19,578 nucleotides of DNA from a virus, in the UHGV virus genome UHGV-0149711; one strand, given 5' to 3'. Below, one piece after another: positions 19,251-19,578 of this stretch. Below the pieces are notes generated by a model. That model was given only the letters and a program-made list of their open reading frames with translations. It ran no database searches and had not been told where the DNA came from. Both the position numbers and the translations under genes were made by a program. Each line of letters starts with the position of its first letter. Positions within the stretch are counted from its first letter, which is position 1.

Positions 19251-19557
19251 CTTCTACTCCGGCTTTTTTAGCAGCGAAGCGTTTGATAAGCGAACCTATC
19301 GAGTCAGTACCGATGTAGCCGATGAACACGCTCGTTATATAAGCGAGATTGCTACTTAGTCCGGCGAAGTCGAGAAGGTCACGAATGAACCAGGCGATAA
19401 TGGCGCACATCGTTGCGTCGATTACTGTTTTTGTAAACGCACCGCCATTATATCTGCCGCGAAGGTACGCCATTGCAAACGCAAGGATTGCCCCGATGCC
19501 TTGTTCCTTTGCCGCGAGAATGGCGGCCAACAGGTCATGTTTTTCTGGCATCTTCAT
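19234..19557 (-). CDS. S: Class I holin, lambda S-type (S107/S105 dual-start)
   Basis: 107 aa. [103 protein letters not shown] is near-identical to lambda S as recalled. The Met1-Lys2-Met3 dual-start motif is present, and the gene overlaps the R start as in lambda. Confidence 0.96.
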   Translation of the reverse strand: MKMPEKHDLLAAILAAKEQGIGAILAFAMAYLRGRYNGGAFTKTVIDATMCAIIAWFIRDLLDFAGLSSNLAYITSVFIGYIGTDSIGSLIKRFAAKKAGVEDGGNQ

Positions 19558-19578
19558 GTCTTACCCCCAATAAGGGGA

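Noticed and set aside
1-19578. CRISPR array or other large direct-repeat array
   Set aside because: I saw no regularly spaced direct repeats anywhere in the window; the only repeats are short intragenic tandem duplications and the IS2 terminal sequence.

Overview
This window is the late (lysis + morphogenesis) region of a P22-like podovirus prophage in an enterobacterial host, with every gene on the minus strand. Reading from high to low coordinates: a lambda-type lysis cassette (S holin with dual start, R transglycosylase endolysin, Rz with embedded Rz1); a small accessory island (KilA-N-like protein, then a tightly coupled string of four small ORFs including a HExxH putative metallopeptidase and a Cys-rich peptide); then a P22-type structural module (small and large terminase, portal, scaffold, coat, gp4, gp10, gp26 needle, gp14-like, three ejection proteins, tailspike). 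The tailspike gene is interrupted near its 3' end by an IS2 element (window positions 1-252 are the IS2 left end and the start of its orfA), so the last 16 codons of the tailspike ORF are IS2 sequence. No tRNA, rRNA or CRISPR array was seen. The most likely candidate for something undescribed is the four-ORF module at 16307-17207; its function cannot be assigned from sequence alone. All homology statements rest on recalled protein sequences and motifs, not on database searches.
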